DNA of 64,000 nucleotides from Escherichia coli (GTDB lineage Bacteria; Pseudomonadota; Gammaproteobacteria; Enterobacterales; Enterobacteriaceae): NCBI RefSeq assembly GCF_003334385.1, contig NZ_QOWN01000007.1; one strand, 5' to 3'. Shown piece by piece: positions 61,663 to 64,000 of this stretch (position 1 is its first letter; each line of letters starts with the position of its first letter). The notes under the pieces were generated by a model. It saw only the letters and a program-made list of their open reading frames with translations, ran no database searches and was not told where the DNA came from. The position numbers and the translations under genes were made by a program.

Positions 61663-63062
61663 AGTTCTGGCGACCCGGTATTACCGGCAAACTGTTTCTG
61701 GCGATTTTCGCCACCTGCATTGTCTTGCTGATCAGTATGCACTGGGCGGTGCGTATCAGTTTTGAGCGTGGCTTTATTGATTACATCAAGCATGGTAATG
61801 AACAGCGATTACAACTGTTAAGTGATGCGCTTGGCGAGCAGTATGCGCAGCATGGCAACTGGCGCTTCCTGCGCAACAATGATCGCTTTGTCTTTCAGAT
61901 CCTGCGTTCATTTGAACACGATAATTCGGAAGATAAACCCGGCCCGGGTATGCCACCGCACGGCTGGCGTACCCAGTTCTGGGTGGTTGATCAAAACAAC
62001 AAAGTGCTGGTTGGTCCGCGAGCGCCGATTCCACCTGACGGTACACGGCGACCCATTCTGGTCAACGGTGCGGAAGTTGGCGCGGTGATCGCCTCCCCCG
62101 TTGAGCGGTTAACGCGCAATACTGATATCAATTTCGATAAACAACAGCGGCAAACCAGCTGGTTGATTGTCGCCCTGGCAACGTTACTCGCGGCACTTGC
62201 CACTTTTCTGCTGGCGCGCGGTTTACTGGCACCGGTAAAACGACTTGTCGATGGCACGCACAAACTGGCGGCGGGCGATTTCACTACCCGCGTAACGCCC
62301 ACCAGTGAAGATGAACTGGGCAAACTGGCGCAAGACTTCAACCAGCTTGCCAGCACACTGGAGAAAAACCAGCAAATGCGGCGCGATTTTATGGCCGATA
62401 TTTCTCACGAACTGCGTACGCCATTAGCGGTGCTGCGCGGTGAACTGGAAGCCATTCAGGATGGCGTGCGTAAATTCACGCCGGAGACGGTGGCGTCTTT
62501 ACAGGCGGAGGTCGGTACACTGACCAAACTGGTTGACGATCTCCATCAGTTGTCGATGTCTGATGAAGGCGCTCTCGCCTATCAAAAAGCACCGGTAGAT
62601 TTGATCCCACTGCTGGAAGTGGCGGGCGGCGCATTTCGCGAACGATTCGCCAGTCGTGGCCTGAAACTGCAATTTTCCCTGCCAGACAGTATTACCGTAT
62701 TTGGCGATCGCGACCGTTTAATGCAGTTATTCAATAACTTACTGGAAAACAGCCTGCGCTACACTGACAGCGGCGGCAGCCTGCAAATCTCTGCCGGGCA
62801 GCGCGACAAAACGGTGCGCCTGACCTTTGCCGACAGTGCGCCAGGTGTCAGTGACGATCAGCTACAAAAATTGTTTGAACGTTTTTATCGCACCGAAGGT
62901 TCCCGCAACCGTGCCAGCGGCGGTTCCGGGCTGGGGCTGGCGATTTGCCTGAACATTGTTGAAGCACATAATGGTCGCATTATTGCTGCCCATTCGCCTT
63001 TTGGCGGGGTAAGCATTACAGTAGAGTTACCGCTGGAACGGGATTTACAGAGAGAAGTATGA
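61659..63062 (+). CDS. baeS: Envelope-stress sensor histidine kinase BaeS
   Basis: 467 aa. Two TM segments, HAMP, H-box [13 protein letters not shown], and an ATPase domain with the G-box GGSGLGLAI. Confidence 0.96.
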
Positions 63063-63781
63063 CCGAGTTACCAATCGACGAAAACACACCGCGTATTTTG
63101 ATCGTGGAAGATGAACCGAAGCTGGGGCAGTTGCTCATTGATTATCTGCGTGCTGCGAGCTATGCGCCGACGCTTATCAGCCACGGCGATCAGGTACTGC
63201 CGTATGTGCGCCAGACACCACCGGATCTGATCCTGTTAGATCTGATGCTCCCTGGCACCGATGGCCTGACGCTGTGCCGGGAAATTCGTCGTTTTTCTGA
63301 CATTCCGATCGTGATGGTGACGGCAAAAATCGAAGAGATCGATCGCCTGCTGGGGCTGGAGATTGGCGCAGATGATTATATCTGTAAGCCGTACAGCCCA
63401 CGGGAAGTGGTAGCGCGCGTCAAAACCATTTTGCGCCGTTGCAAACCGCAGCGCGAGTTGCAGCAACAGGATGCTGAAAGCCCGTTGATTATCGACGAAG
63501 GTCGTTTTCAGGCTTCATGGCGCGGTAAAATGCTTGACCTGACGCCTGCGGAATTTCGTCTGCTGAAAACGCTCTCTCACGAACCAGGAAAAGTGTTCTC
63601 CCGCGAGCAATTGCTCAATCATCTTTATGACGACTACCGCGTAGTAACCGACCGCACCATCGACAGCCACATTAAAAACCTGCGCCGCAAGCTGGAATCT
63701 CTCGACGCCGAACAGTCATTTATCCGCGCCGTTTATGGCGTCGGTTACCGCTGGGAAGCCGACGCCTGCCGCATCGTTTAG
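63059..63781 (+). CDS. baeR: OmpR-family response regulator BaeR
   Basis: 240 aa. Receiver domain (ILIVEDE...[11 protein letters not shown]) plus a winged-helix C-terminal domain (VYGVGYRW). Confidence 0.96.
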
Positions 63782-63917
63782 TTTTAGCGACATTATTTTG
63801 TTAGCCGGAGATGGCGTTCAGACCAGATCCGGCAACATTATCCCACGCATGGTCAGCAAACTGACATTATCTCTCCGCCCTGGCAGGCATCAGAAAATCG
63901 CTCATACTTTAATCGGT

Positions 63918-63942
63918 AAACAGCACCTTTAGATGCTGTTTT
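63918..63942 (+). terminator. Weak candidate terminator after baeR
   Basis: AAACAGCA (63918-25), an 8-nt loop, then TGCTGTTT (63934-41) followed by T. The stem is AT-rich and the T-run is part of the stem. Confidence 0.3.
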
Positions 63943-63971
63943 CGATACACAATTTCAATCAAGGAGTCATT

Positions 63972-64000
63972 ATGGCTGGTTGGTTTGAACTCAGTAAGAG
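63972..64000 (+). CDS. yegP: YegP (DUF1508), first 9 codons only
   Basis: AAGGAG Shine-Dalgarno at 63961-66, then ATGGCTGGTTGGTTTGAACTCAGTAAG, which translates to MAGWFELSK, the YegP N-terminus. Truncated by the window end. Confidence 0.8.

Overview
This window is an Escherichia coli chromosomal segment, collinear with the K-12 gnd to yegP region. I identified it by recognising the encoded proteins and motifs; I ran no database search.

Gene order, left to right:
- 5' part of gnd (minus strand).
- A low-GC O-antigen cluster that is not the K-12 one, all on the minus strand. Its transcription order is rmlBDAC, GT2, GT4, WbbL-like rhamnosyltransferase, wzx, GT4, wzy, GalE-family epimerase.
- galF.
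- The complete colanic-acid cluster, wza-wzb-wzc-wcaABCDEF-gmd-fcl-gmm-wcaI-cpsBG-wcaJ-wzxC-wcaKLM (minus strand).
- yegH, asmA, dcd, udk, dgcE (yegE), alkA, yegD.
- The yegI / yegJ / yegK-yegL cluster.
- Two tandem type I toxin-antitoxin loci, ibsA/sibA and ibsB/sibB, which are too small for the ORF track.
- mdtABCD-baeSR and the first codons of yegP.

Non-coding features I can support:
- Two JUMPstart/ops elements, one upstream of rmlB and one upstream of wza.
- A BaeR box upstream of mdtA.
- An Ada box upstream of alkA.
- Several REP/BIME clusters, including five tandem BIME units of about 96 bp between wcaK and wzxC.

I saw no IS element, integrase, tRNA, rRNA or CRISPR array.

Observations most worth a second look:
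1. yegL (vWA), yegK (PP2C) and yegI (Ser/Thr kinase with TM segments and HhH motifs) form a phosphorylation triad with no known physiological role. It resembles the TerY-P type trio.
2. mdtC is broken by a 29-nt deletion and frameshift at a 10-nt sequence that reads as both flanks of the missing segment. This should inactivate the MdtABC pump, and the break lies upstream of mdtD-baeSR in the same operon.
3. The O-antigen cluster is intact, low in GC and of a serogroup I cannot assign.

sRNA ends and regulatory sites are approximate. All functional calls rest on motif or family recognition, not on computed alignments.
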